Shown in pieces: positions 12,052 through 26,300 of a stretch of 64,000 nt of DNA. Made by a program: the position numbers and the translations under genes. Below the pieces are notes generated by a model, which was not told where the DNA came from, searched no databases, and saw only the letters and a program-made list of their open reading frames with translations. Each line of letters opens with the position of its first letter. The stretch's first letter is position 1. Where the stretch lies: assembly GCA_964035545.1 (NCBI GenBank), contig CAXIUT010000103.1, positions 186,001-250,000 on the forward strand. Direction: 5' to 3'. The DNA comes from Bugula neritina. Taxonomy: Eukaryota; Animalia; Bryozoa.

Positions 12052-15000
12052 ATATTGTCCATCAGCAGGAGCTTGCGCCTTGCAGTTATTATGGAAATAC
12101 CAGTGATGCTGGAAGACCTTGGCATTGTACACCCGCCTTTACTATTGAATTTAGATGTTTTATTTTCCGCTCCCCTCTCCCTCCCCCCTGTCCCCTCTAA
12201 CAACCAGTAATCCTGACTCATGTAAAATGTGTTATTGTTTTAGAGTTGGACCATGGGCCTAGAGTATACGATTTGAAGCTTTATAGTTTACAGGCAGTCG
12301 AGATGAGTCATTGCTGAAACCAATTTTTATTAGTAGACTATATTGCTCTTCAATCATCAGTTTTCATATTAAAACAGAAAGCTCATCCGCAGCACCATTT
12401 CACAGTGTTATATTTTGCTAGAGCAATAACTAATTTTAGATGCCTTTGCAAACATATGAGAAATAAATGAGTCATTCTATGAAAAGAGGTGTTTGCAGCA
12501 ATTGTCCACTTTTGATTTAGACGCGGCATGGAAACTTTTGTAGTTTTAAATAATATCTCCAATCTCATCACTTGCATGTGTTTAGATACTTGATAAAGTT
12601 TTTTATGCAAAATTTGATGCCTGCTTCAATGACACCAGTGCTTAATTACTGTGTTAACTGTATTGGCACAATGCCATGAGATATTTGGTAATATTTCGCA
12701 TCACAACAAACTCTTCAGAAAATGAAGAAAATCAGTCTAGAAAGTTAATGAAATAAACCTACCAGAGAGAGTAAGCCAGATGTGACAAGTTGATCCAAAA
12801 CAAGTTGATTAACAGTTGAAGTTGAAGTCTCCATGTAGTGAACACTTTAGTCCTAATGTCAAATGCAAACGTCTGCTACCAAACTGTGTAGACTTCATGA
12901 GCTGGTTAGCTGACAGGACTCATTAAAGTTCTTAACTCTTGTGTGTATGGTGATGCCCATCTTGAACTAGAGAGGGCTGCCTAAAGACTGCTACTTTGTG
13001 AAAATTGACAATGCATATTATTATTATTCATTGTTGAGATTCACGACTGCCATAAACAATGATAAATTATTCATTGTTGGTACTAGTGAGTAAATTAAAA
13101 TATAATATAATATTTTCTTGACAGATAAATAATATCGTATACAGAATCTAACTTACCATAACTCTACAGTGCTTCACCTCTTCAAATTTTTCGGCAATGT
13201 TATTTCTTTCTAGTTAGAAGTACTAGCTGAATATAGGACTATGAAACATAACCCTTCAATTTCATTGCACAAGCACCGGTTGCAAGATAGGTGTGGTGGG
13301 AGTTATCTTTCCTAAAATTTCGTTCTTGGCGTTTATACGAAGCAGACACAGGCTGATATTAGTTTAGTTATTTGAAAGAGTTTTGCTGTCATATTGTCCA
13401 TCAGCAGGAGCTTGCGCCTTGCAGTTATTATGGAAATACCAGTGATGCTGGAAGACCTTGGCATTGTACACCCGCCTTTACTATTGAATTTAGATGTTTT
13501 ATTTTCCCCTCCCCTCTCCCTCCCCCCTGTCCCCTCTCACAACCAGTAATCCTGACTCATGTAAAATGTGTTATTGTTTCAGAGTTGGACCATGGGCCTA
13601 CAGTATACGATTTGAAGCTTCATAGTTTACAGGCAGTCGAGATGAGTCATTGCTGAAACCAATTTTTATTAGTAGACTATATTGCTCTTCAATCATCAGT
13701 TTTCATATTAAAACAGAAAGCTCATCTGCAGCACCATTTCACAGTGTTATTTTTTGCTAGAGCAATAACTAATTTCAGATGCCTTTGCAAACATATGAGA
13801 AATAAATGAGTCATTCTATGAAAAGAGGTGTTTGCAGCAATTGTCCACTTTTGATTTAGACGCGGCATGGAAACTTTTGTAGTTTTAAATAATATCTCCA
13901 ATCTCATCACTTGCATGTGTTTAGATACTTGATAAAGTTTTTTATGCAAAATTTGATGCCTGCTTCAATGACACCAGTGCTTAATTACTGTGTTAACTGT
14001 ATTGGCACAATGCCATGAGATATTTGGTAATATTTCGCATCACAACAAACTCTTCAGAAAATGAAGAAAATCAGTCTAGAAAGTTAATGAAATAAACCTA
14101 CCAGAGAGAGTAAGCCAGATGTGACAAGTTGATCCAAAACAAGTTGATTAACAGTTGAAGTTGAAGTCTCCATGTAGTGAACACTTTAGTCCTAATGTCA
14201 AATGCAAACGTCTGCTACCAAACTGTGTAGACTTCATGAGCTGGTTAGCTGACAGGACTCATTAAAGTTCTTAACTCTTGTGTGTATGGTGATGCCCATC
14301 TTGAACTAGAGAGGGCTGACTAAAGACTGCTACTTTGTGAAAATTGACAATGCATATTATTATTATTCATTGTTGAGATTCACGACTGCCATAAACAATG
14401 ATAAATTATTCATTGTTGGTACTAGTGAGTAAATTAAAATATAATATAATATTTTCTTGACAGATAAATAATATCGTATACAGAATCTAACTTACCATAA
14501 CTCTACAGTGCTTCACCTCTTCAAATTTTTCGGCAATGTTATTTCTTTCTAGTTAGAAGTACTAGCTGAATATAGGACTATGAAACATAACCCTTCAATT
14601 TCATTGCACCAGCACCGTTCTCAAGAAAGGTGTGGTGGGAGTTATCTTTCCTAAAATTTTGTTCCTGGCGTTTATACGAAGCAGACACAGGCTAATATTA
14701 GTTTAGTTATTTGAAAGAGTTTTGCAGTCATATTGTCCATCAGCAGGAGCTGACGCCTTGCAGTTATTATGGAAATACCAGTGATGCTGGAAGACCTTTG
14801 CATTGTACACCCGCCTTTACTATCGAATTTAGATGTTTTATTTTCCCCTCCCCTCTCCCTCCCCCCTGTCCCCTCTAACAACCAGTAATCCTGACTCATG
14901 TAAAATGTGTTATTGTTTTAGAGTTGGACCATGGGCCTAGAGTATACGATTTGAAGCTTTATAGTTTACAGGCAGTCGAGATGAGTCATTGCTGAAACCA

Positions 15001-17407
15001 ATTTTTATTAGTAGACTATATTGCTCTTCAATCATCAGTTTTCATATTAAAACAGAAAGCTCATCCGCAGCACCATTTCACAGTGTTATATTTTGCTAGA
15101 GCAATAACTAATTTTAGATGCCTTTGCAAACATATGAGAAATAAATGAGTCATTCTATGAAAAGAGGTGTTTGCAGCAATTGTCCACTTTTGATTTAGAC
15201 GCGGCATGGAAACTTTTGTAGTTTTAAATAATATCTCCAATCTCATCACTTGCATGTGTTTAGATACTTGATAAAGTTTTTTATGCAAAATTTGATGCCT
15301 GCTTCAATGACACCAGTGCTTAGTTACTGTGTTAACTGTATTGGCACAATGCCATGAGATATTTGGTAATATTTCGCATCACAACAAACTCTTCAGAAAA
15401 TGAAGAAAATCAGTCTAGAAAGTTAATGAAATAAACCTACCAGAGAGAGTAAGCCAGATGTGACAAGTTGATCCAAAACAAGTTGATTAACAGTTGAAGT
15501 TGAAGTCTCCATGTAGTGAACACTTTAGTCCTAATGTCAAATGCAAACGTCTGCTACCAAACTGTGTAGACTTCATGAGCTGGTTAGCTGACAGGACTCA
15601 TTAAAGTTCTTAACTCTTGTGTGTATGGTGATGCCCATCTTGAACTAGAGAGGGCTGACTAAAGACTGCTACTTTGTGAAAATTGACAATGCATATTATT
15701 ATTATTCATTGTTGAGATTCACGACTGCCATAAACAATGATAAATTATTCATTGTTGGTACTAGTGAGTAAATTAAAATATAATATAATATTTTCTTGAC
15801 AGATAAATAATATCGTATACAGAATCTAACTTACCATAACTCTAAAGTGCTTCACCTCTTCAAATTTTTCGGCAATGTTATTTCTTTCTAGTTAGAAGTA
15901 CTAGCTGAATATAGGACTATGAAACATAACCCTTCAATTTCATTGCACCAGCACCGTTCTCAAGAAAGGTGTGGTGGGAGTTATCTTTCCTAAAATTTTG
16001 TTCCTGGCGTTTATACGAAGCAGACACAGGCTAATATTAGTTTAGTTATTTGAAAGAGTTTTGCTGTCATATTGTCCATCAGCAGGAGCTGACGCCTTGC
16101 AGTTATTATGGAAATACCAGTGATGCTGGAAGACCTTTGCATTGTACACCCGCCTTTACTATCGAATTTAGATGTTTTATTTTCCCCTCCCCTCTCCCTC
16201 CCCCCTGTCCCCTCTAACAACCAGTAATCCTGACTCATGTAAAATGTGTTATTGTTTTAGAGTTGGACCATGGGCCTAGAGTATACGATTTGAAGCTTTA
16301 TAGTTTACAGGCAGTCGAGATGAGTCATTGCTGAAACCAATTTTTATTAGTAGACTATATTGCTCTTCAATCATCAGTTTTCATATTAAAACAGAAAGCT
16401 CAACCGCAGCACCATTTCACAGTGTTATATTTTGCTAGAGCAATAACTAATTTTAGATGCCTTTGCAAACATATGAGAAATAAATGAGTCATTCTATGAA
16501 AAGAGGTGTTTGCAGCAATTGTCCACTTATGATTTAGACGCGGCATGGAAACTTTTGTAGTTTTAAATAATATCTCCAAACTCATCACTTGCATGTGTTT
16601 AGATACTTGATAAAGTTTTGTATGCAAATTTTTATGCCTGCTTCAATGACACCAGTGCTTAATTACTGTGTTAACTGTATTGGCACAATGCCATGAGATA
16701 TTTGGTAATATTTCACATCACAACAAACTCTTCAGAAAATGAAGAAAATCAGTCTAGAAAGTTAATGAAATAAACCTACCAGAGAGAATAAGCCAGATGT
16801 GACAAGTAGATCCAAAACAAGTTGATTAACAGTTGAAGTTGAAATCTCCATGTAGTGAACACTTTAGTCCTAATGTCAAATGCAAACGTCTGCAACCAAA
16901 CTGTGTAGACTTCATGAGCTGGTTAGCTGACAGGACTCATTAAAGTTCTTAACTCTTGCGTGTATGGTGATGCCCATCTTGAACTAGAGAGGGCTGACTA
17001 AAGACTGCTACTTTGTGAAAATTGACAATGCATATTATTATTATTCATTGTTGAGATTCACGACTGCCATAAACAATGATAAATTATTCATTGTTGGTAC
17101 TAGTGAGTAAATTAAAATATAATATAATATTTTGTTGACAGATAAATAATATCGTATACAGAATCTAACTTACCATAACTCTACAGTGCTTCACCTCTTC
17201 AAATTTTTCGGCAATGTTATTTCTTTCTAGTTAGAAGTACTAGCTGAATATAGGACTATGAAACATAACCCTTCAATTTCATTGCACAAGCACCGGTTGC
17301 AAGATAGGTGTGGTGGGAGTTATCTTTCCTAAAATTTCGTTCTTGGCGTTTATACGAAGCAGACACAGGCTGATATTAGTTTAGTTATTTGAAAGAGTTT
17401 TGCTGTC

Positions 17408-20400
17408 ATATTGTCCATCAGCAGGAGCTTGCGCCTTGCAGTTATTATGGAAATACCAGTGATGCTGGAAGACCTTGGCATTGTACACCTGCCTTTACTA
17501 TTGAATTTAGATGTTTTATTTTCCCCTCCCCTCTCCCTCCCCCCTGTCCCCTCTAACAACCAGTAATCCTGACTCATGTAAAATGTGTTATTGTTTCAGA
17601 GTTGGACCATGGGCCTACAGTATACGATTTGAAGCTTCATAGTTTACAGGCAGTCGAGATGAGTCATTGCTGAAACCAATTTTTATTAGTAGACTATATT
17701 GCTCTTCAATCATCAGTTTTCATATTAAAACAGAAAGCTCATCCGCAGCACCATTTCACAGTGTTATATTTTGCTAGAGCAACAACTAATTTCAGATGCC
17801 TTTGCAAACATATGAGAAATAAATGAGTCATTCTATGAAAAGAGGTGTTTGCAGCAATTGTCCACTTTTGATTTAGACGCGGCATAGAAACTTTTGTAGT
17901 TTTAAATAATATCTCCAATCTCATCACTTGCATGTGTTTAGATACTTGATAAAGTTTTTTATGCAAAATTTGATGCCTGCTTCAATGACACCAGTGCTTA
18001 ATTACTGTGTTAACTGTATTGGCACAATGCCCTGAGATATTTGGTAATATTTCGCATCACAACAAACTCTTCAGAAAATGAAGAAAATCAGTCTAGAAAG
18101 TTAATGAAATGAACCTACCAGAGAGAGTAAGCCAGATGTGACAAGTTGATCCAAAACAAGTTGATTAACAGTTGAAGTTGAAGTCTCCATGTAGTGAACA
18201 CTTTAGTCCTAATGTCAAATGCAAACGTCTGCTACCAAACTGTGTAGACTTCATGAGCTGGTTAGCTGACAGGACTCATTAAAGTTCTTAACTCTTGTGT
18301 GTATGGTGATGCCCATCTTGAACTAGAGAGGGCTGACTAAAGACTGCTACTTTGTGAAAATTGACAATGCATATTATTATTATTCATTGTTGAGATTCAC
18401 GACTGCCATAAACAATGATAAATTATTCATTGTTGGTACTAGTGAGTAAATTAAAATATAATATAATATTTTCTTGACAGATAAATAATATCGTATACAG
18501 AATCTAACTTACCATAACTCTAAAGTGCTTCACCTCTTCAAATTTTTCGGCAATGTTTTTTCTTTCTAGTTAGAAGTACTAGCTGAATATAGGACTATGA
18601 AACATAACCCTTCAATTTCATTGCACAAGCACCGGTTGCAAGATAGGTGTGGTGGGAGTTATCTTTCCTAAAATTTCGTTCTTGGCGTTTATACGAAGCA
18701 GACACAGGCTAATATTAGTTTAGTTATTTGAAAGAGTTTTGCTGTCATATTGTCCATCAGCAGGAGCATGCGCCTTGCAGCTATTATGGAAATACCAGTG
18801 ATGCTGGAAGACCTTGGCATTGTACACCTGCCTTTACTATTGAATTTAGATGTTTTATTTTCCCCTCCCCTCTCCCTCCCCCCTGTCCCCTCTAACAACC
18901 AGTAATCCTGACTCATGTAAAATGTGTTATTGTTTCAGAGTTGGACCATGGGCCTACAGTATACGATTTGAAGCTTCATAGTTTACAGGCAGTCGAGATG
19001 AGTCATTGCTGAAACCAATTTTTATTAGTAGACTATATTGCTCTTCAATCATCAGTTTTCCTATTGAAACAGAAAGCTCATCCGCAGCACCATTTCACAG
19101 TGTTATATTTTGCTAGAGCAATAACTAATTTTAGATGCCTTTGCAAACATATGAGAAATGAATGAGTCATTCTATGAAAAGAGGTGTTTGCAGCAATTGT
19201 CCACTTTTGATTTAGACGCGGCATGGAAACTTTTGTAGTTTTAAATAATATCTCCAATCTCATCACTTGCATGTGTTTAGATACTTGATAAAGTTTTTTA
19301 TGCAAAATTTGATGCCTGCTTCAATGACACCAGTGCTTAATTACTGTGTTAAGTGTATTGGCACGATGCCATGAGATATTTGGTAATATTTCGCATCACA
19401 ACAAACTCTTCAGAAAATTAAGAAAATCAGTCTAGAAAGTTAATGAATTAAACCTACCAGAGAGAATAAGCCAGATGTGACAAGTTGATCCAAAACAAGT
19501 TGATTAACAGTTGAAGTTGAAGTCTCCATGTAGTGAACACTTTAGTCCTAATGTCAAATGCAAACGTCTGCAACCAAACTGTGTAGACTTCATGAGCTGG
19601 TTAGCTGACAGGATTCATTAAAGTTCTCAACTCTTGTGTGTATGGTGATGCCCATCTTGAACTAGAGAGGGCTGACTGAAGACTGCTACTTTGTGAAAAT
19701 TGACAATGCATATTATTATTATTCATTGTTGAGATTCACGACTGCCATAAACAATGATAAAATATCCATTGTTGGTACTAGTGAGTAGAATAAAATATAA
19801 TATAATATTTTCTTGACAGATTAATAATATCGTATACAGAATCTAACTTACCATAACTCTAAAGTGCTTCACCTCTTCAAATTTTTCGGCAATGTTATTT
19901 CTTTCTAGTTAGAAGTACTAGCTGAATATAGGACTATGAAACATAACCCTTCAATTTCATTGCACCAGCACCGGTTGCAAGATAGGTGTCGTGGGAGTTA
20001 TCTTTCCTAAAATTTCGTTCTTGGCGTTTATACGAAGCAGACACAGGCTAATATTAGTTTAGTTATTTGAAAGAGTTTTGCTGTCATATTGTCCATCAGC
20101 AGGAGCATGCGCCTTGCAGTTATTATGGAAATACCAGTGATGCTGGAAGACCTTTGCATTGTACACCCGCCTTTACTATTGAACTTAGATGTTTTATTTT
20201 CCCCTCCCCTCTCCCTCCCCCCTGTCCCCTCTAACAACCAGTAATCCTGACTCATGTAAAATGTGTTATTGTTTTAGAGTTGGACCATGGGCCTACAGTA
20301 TACGATTTGAAGCTTCATAGTTTACAGGCAGTCGAGATGAGTCATTGCTGAAACCAATTTTTATTAGTAGACTATATTGCTCTTCAATCATCAGTTTTCA

Positions 20401-22763
20401 TATTAAAACAGAAAGCTCATCCGCAGCACCATTTCACAGTGTTATATTTTGCTAGAGCAACAACTAATTTTAGATGCCTTTGCAAACATATGAGAAATAA
20501 ATGAGTCATTCTATGAAAAGAGGTGTTTGCAGCAATTGTCCACTTTTGATTTAGACGCGGCATAGAAACTTTTGTAGTTTTAAATAATATCTCCAATCTC
20601 ATCACTTGCATGTGTTTAGATACTTGATAAAGTTTTTTATGCAAAATTTGATGCCTGCTTCAATGACACCAGTGCTTAATTACTGTGTTAACTGTATTGG
20701 CACAATGCCATGAGATATTTGGTAATATTTCGCATCACAACAAACTCTTCAGAAAATGAAGAAAATCAGTCTAGAAAGTTAATGAAATAAACCTATCAGA
20801 GAGAGTAAGCCAGATGTGACAAGTTGATCCAAAACAAGTTGATTAACAGTTGAAGTTGAAGTCTCCATGTAGTGAACACTTTAGTCCTAATGTCAAATGC
20901 AAACGTCTGCTACCAAACTGTGTAGACTTCATGAGCTGGTTAGCTGACAGGACTCATTAAAGTTTTTAACTCTTGTGTGTATGGTGATGCCCATCTTGAA
21001 CTAGAGAGGGCTGACTGAAGACTGCTACTTTGTGAAAATTGACAATGCATATTATTATTATTCATTGTTGAGATTCACGACTGCCATAAACAATGATAAA
21101 TTATTCATTGTTGGTACTAGTGAGTAAAGTAAAATATAATATAATATTTTCTTGACAGATAAATAATATCGTATACAGAATCTAACTTACCATAACTCTA
21201 CAGTGCTTCACCTCTTCAAATTTTTCGGCAATGTTTTTTCTTTCTAGTTAGAAGTACTAGCTGAATATAGGACTATGAAACATAACCCTTCAATTTCATT
21301 GCACAAGCACCGGTTGCAAGATAGGTGTGGTGGGAGTTATCTTTCCTAAAATTTCGTTCTTGGCAATTATACGAAGCAGACACAGGCTGATATTAGTTTA
21401 GTTATTTGAAAGAGTTTTGCTGTCATATTGTCCATCAGCAGGAGCTTGCGCCTTGCAGTTATTATGGAAATACCAGTGATGCTGGAAGACCTTGGCATTG
21501 TACACCTGCCTTTACTATTGAATTTAGATGTTTTATTTTCCCCTCCCCTCTCCCTCCCCCCTGTCCCCTCTAACAACCAGTAATCCTGACTCATGTAAAA
21601 TGTGTTATTGTTTCAGAGTTGGACCATGGGCCTACAGTATACGATTTGAAGCTTCATAGTTTACAGGCAGTCGAGATGAGTCATTGCTGAAACCAATTTT
21701 TATTAGTAGACTATATTGCTCTTCAATCATCAGTTTTCCTATTAAAACAGAAAGCTCATCCGCAGCACCATTTCACAGTGTTATATTTTGCTAGAGCAAT
21801 AACTAATTTTAGATGCCTTTGCAAACATATGAGAAATGAATGAGTCATTCTATGAAAAGAGGTGTTTGCAGCAATTGTCCACTTTTGATTTAGACGCGGC
21901 ATGGAAACTTTTGTAGTTTTAAATAATATCTCCAATCTCATCACTTGCATGTGTTTAGATACTTGATAAAGTTTTTTATGCAAAATTTGATGCCTGCTTC
22001 AATGACACCAGTGCTTAATTACTGTGTTAAGTGTATTGGCACGATGCCATGAGATATTTGGTAATATTTCGCATCACAACAAACTCTTCAGAAAATTAAG
22101 AAAATCAGTCTAGAAAGTTAATGAATTAAACCTACCAGAGAGAATAAGCCAGATGTGACAAGTTGATCCAAAACAAGTTGATTAACAGTTGAAGTTGAAG
22201 TCTCCATGTAGTGAACACTTTAGTCCTGATGTCAAATGCAAACGTCTGCAACCAAACTGTGTAGACTTCATAAGCTGGTTAGCTGACAGGACTCATTAAA
22301 GTTCTTAACTCTTGTGTGTATGGTGATGCCCATCTTGAACTAGAGAGGGCTGACTGAAGACTGCTACTTTGTGAAAATTGACAATGCATATTATTATTAT
22401 TCATTGTTGAGATTCACGACTGCCATAAACAATGATAAATTATTCATTGTTGGTACTAGTGAGTAAATTAAAATATAATATAATATTTTCTTGACAGATA
22501 AATAATATCGTATACAGAATCTAACTTACCATAACTCTACAGTGCTTCACCTCTTCAAATTTTTCGGCAATGTTATTTCTTTCTAGTTAGAAGTACTAGC
22601 TGAATATATGACTATGAAACATAACCCTTCAGTTTCATTGCACCAGCACCGGTTGCAAGATAGGTGTGGTGGGAGTTATCTTTCCTAAAATTTCGTTCTT
22701 GGCGTTTATACGAAGCAGACACAGGCTAATATTAGTTTAGTTATTTGAAAGAGTTTTGCTGTC
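17408..22763. repeat. Older dimer duplication (monomers 14-15 vs 16-17)
   Basis: Monomers 14 and 16 share AGCAACAACT and ATGTTTTTTC. Monomers 15 and 17 share TTTCCTATT, GAAATGAATGAG, TAAGTGTATTGGCACGATG and GAATTAAACC. Confidence 0.75.
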
Positions 22764-23344
22764 ATATTGTCCATCAGCAGGAGCTTGCGCCTTGCAGTTA
22801 TTATGGAAATACCAGTGATGCTGGAAGACCTTTGCATTGTACACCCGCCTTTACTATTGAATTTAGATGTTTTATTTTCCCCTCCCCTCTCCCTCCCCCC
22901 TGTCCCCTCTAACAACCAGTAATCCTGACTCATGTAAAATGTGTTATTGTTTTAGAGTTGGACCATGGGCCTACAGTATACGATTTGAAGCTTTATAGTT
23001 TACAGGCAGTCGAGATGAGTCATTGCTGAAACCAATTTTTTATTAGTAGACTATATTGCTCTTCAATCATCAGTTTTCATATTAAAACAGAAAGCTCATC
23101 CGCAGCACCATTTCACAGTGTTATATTTTGCTAGAGCAATAACTAATTTTAGATGCCTTTGCAAACATATGAGAAATAAATGAGTCATTCTATGAAAAGA
23201 GGTGTTTGCAGCAATTGTCCACTTTTGATTTAGACGCGGCATGGAAACTTTTGTAGTTTTAAATAATATCTCCAAACTCATCACTTGCATGTGTTTAGAT
23301 ACTTGATAAAGTTTTTTATGCAAAATTTGATGCCTGCTTCAAAG

Positions 23345-26300
23345 ACACCAGTGCTTAATTACTGTGTTAACTGTATTGGCACGTTGCCATGAGATATTTG
23401 GTAATATTTCGCATTTCAACAAACTCCTCAGAAAATTAAGAAAATCAGTCTAGAAAGTTAATGAAATAAACCTACCAGAGAGAATAAGCCAGATGTGACA
23501 AGTTGATCCAAAACAAGTTGATTAACAGTTGAAGTTGAAGTCTCCATGTAGTGAACACTTTAGTCCTGATGTCAAATGCAAACGTCTGCAACCAAACTGT
23601 GTAGACTTCATAAGCTGGTTAGCTGACAGGACTCATTAAAGTTCTTAACTCTTGTGTGTATGGTGATGCCCATCTTGAACTAGAGAGGGCTGACTGAAGA
23701 CTGCTACTTTGTGAAAATTGACAATGCATATTATTATTATTCATTGTTGAGATTCACGACTGCCATAAACAATGATAAATTATTCATTGTTGGTACTAGT
23801 GAGTAAATTAAAATATAATATAATATTTTTTTGACAGATAAATAATATCGTATACAGAATCTAACTTACCATAACTCTACAGTGCTTCACCTCTTCAAAT
23901 TTTTCGGCAATGTTTTTTCTTTCTAGTTAGAAGTACTAGCTGAATATAGGACTATGAAACATAACCCTTCAATTTCATTGCACCAGCACCGGTTGCAAGA
24001 TAGGTGTGGTGGGAGTTATCTTTCCTAAAATTTCGTTCTTGGCGTTTATACGAAGCAGACACAGGCTAATATTAGTTTAGTTATTTGAAAGAGTTTTGCT
24101 GTCATATTGTCCATCAGCAGGAGCTTGCGCCTTGCAGTTATTATGGAAATACCAGTGATGCTGGAAGATCTTTGCATTGTACACCCGCCTTTACTATTGA
24201 ATTTAGATGTTTTATTTTCCCCTCCCCTCTCCCTCCCCCCTGTCCCCTCTAACAACCAGTAATCCTGACTCATGTAAAATGTGTTATTGTTTCAGAGTTG
24301 GACCATGGGCCTACAGTATACGATTTGAAGCTTTATAGTTTACAGGCAGTCGAGATGAGTCATTGCTGAAACCAATTTTTATTAGTAGACTATATTGCTC
24401 TTCAATCATCAGTTTTCATATTAAAACAGAAAGCTCATCCGCAGCACCATTTCACAGTGTTATATTTTGCTAGAGCAATAACTAATTTTAGATGCCTTTG
24501 CAAACATATGAGAAATAAATGAGTCATTCTATGAAAAGAGGTGTTTGCAGCAATTGTCCACTTTTGACTTAGACGCGGCATGGAAACTTTTGTAGTTTTA
24601 AATAATATCTCCAAACTCATCACTTGCATGTGTTAAGATACTTGATAAAGTTTTTTATGCAAAATTTGATGCCTGCTTCAAAAACACCAGTGCTTAATTA
24701 CTGTGTTAACTGTATTGGCACGTTGCCATGAGATATTTGGTAATATTTCGCATTTCAACAAACTCCTCGGAAAATTAAGAAAATCAGTCTAGAAAGTTAA
24801 TGAAATAAACCTACCAGAGAGAATAAGCCAGATGTGACAAGTTGATCCAAAACAAGTTGATTAACAGTTGAAGTTGAAGTCTCCATGTAGTGAACACTTT
24901 AGTCCTGATGTCAAATGCAAACGTCTGCAACCAAACTGTGTAGACTTCATAAGCTGGTTAGCTGACAGGACTCATTAAAGTTCTTAACTCTTGTGTGTAT
25001 GGTGATGCCCATCTTGAACTAGAGAGGGCTGACTGAAGACTGCTACTTTGTGAAAATTGACAATGCATATTATTATTATTCATTGTTGAGATTCACGACT
25101 GCCATAAACAATGATAAATTATTCATTGTTGGTACTAGTGAGTAAATTAAAATATAATATAATATTTTCTTGACAGATAAATAATATCGTATACAGAATC
25201 TAACTTACCATAACTCTACAGTGCTTCACCTCTTCAAATTTTTCGGCAATGTTATTTCTTTCTAGTTAGAAGTACTAGCTGAATATATGACTATGAAACA
25301 TAACCCTTCAGTTTCATTGCACCAGCACCGGTTGCAAGATAGGTGTGGTGGGAGTTATCTTTCCTAAAATTTCGTTCTTGGCGTTTATACGAAGCAGACA
25401 CAGGCTAATATTAGTTTAGTTATTTGAAAGAGTTTTGCTGTCATATTGTCCATCAGCAGGAGCTTGCGCCTTGCAGTTATTATGGAAATACCAGTGATGC
25501 TGGAAGACCTTTGCATTGTACACCCGCCTTTACTATTGAATTTAGATGTTTTATTTTCCCCTCCCCTCTCCCTCCCCCCTGTCCCCTCTAACAACCAGTA
25601 ATCCTGACTCATGTAAAATGTGTTATTGTTTTAGAGTTGGACCATGGGCCTACAGTATACGATTTGAAGCTTTATAGTTTACAGGCAGTCGAGATGAGTC
25701 ATTGCTGAAACCAATTTTTTATTAGTAGACTATATTGCTCTTCAATCATCAGTTTTCATATTAAAACAGAAAGCTCATCCGCAGCACCATTTCACAGTGT
25801 TATATTTTGCTAGAGCAATAACTAATTTTAGATGCCTTTGCAAACATATGAGAAATAAATGAGTCATTCTATGAAAAGAGGTGTTTGCAGCAATTGTCCA
25901 CTTTTGATTTAGACGCGGCATGGAAACTTTTGTAGTTTTAAATAATATCTCCAAACTCATCACTTGCATGTGTTTAGATACTTGATAAAGTTTTTTATGC
26001 AAAATTTGATGCCTGCTTCAAAGACACCAGTGCTTAATTACTGTGTTAACTGTATTGGCACGTTGCCATGAGATATTTGGTAATATTTCGCATTTCAACA
26101 AACTCCTCAGAAAATTAAGAAAATCAGTCTAGAAAGTTAATGAAATGAACCTACCAGAGAGAATAAGCCAGATGTGACAAGTTGATCCAAAACAAGTTGA
26201 TTAACAGTTGAAGTTGAAGTCTCCATGTAGTGAACACTTTAGTCCTAATGTCAAATGCAAACGTCTGCAACCAAACTGTGTAGACTTCATGAGCTGGTTA

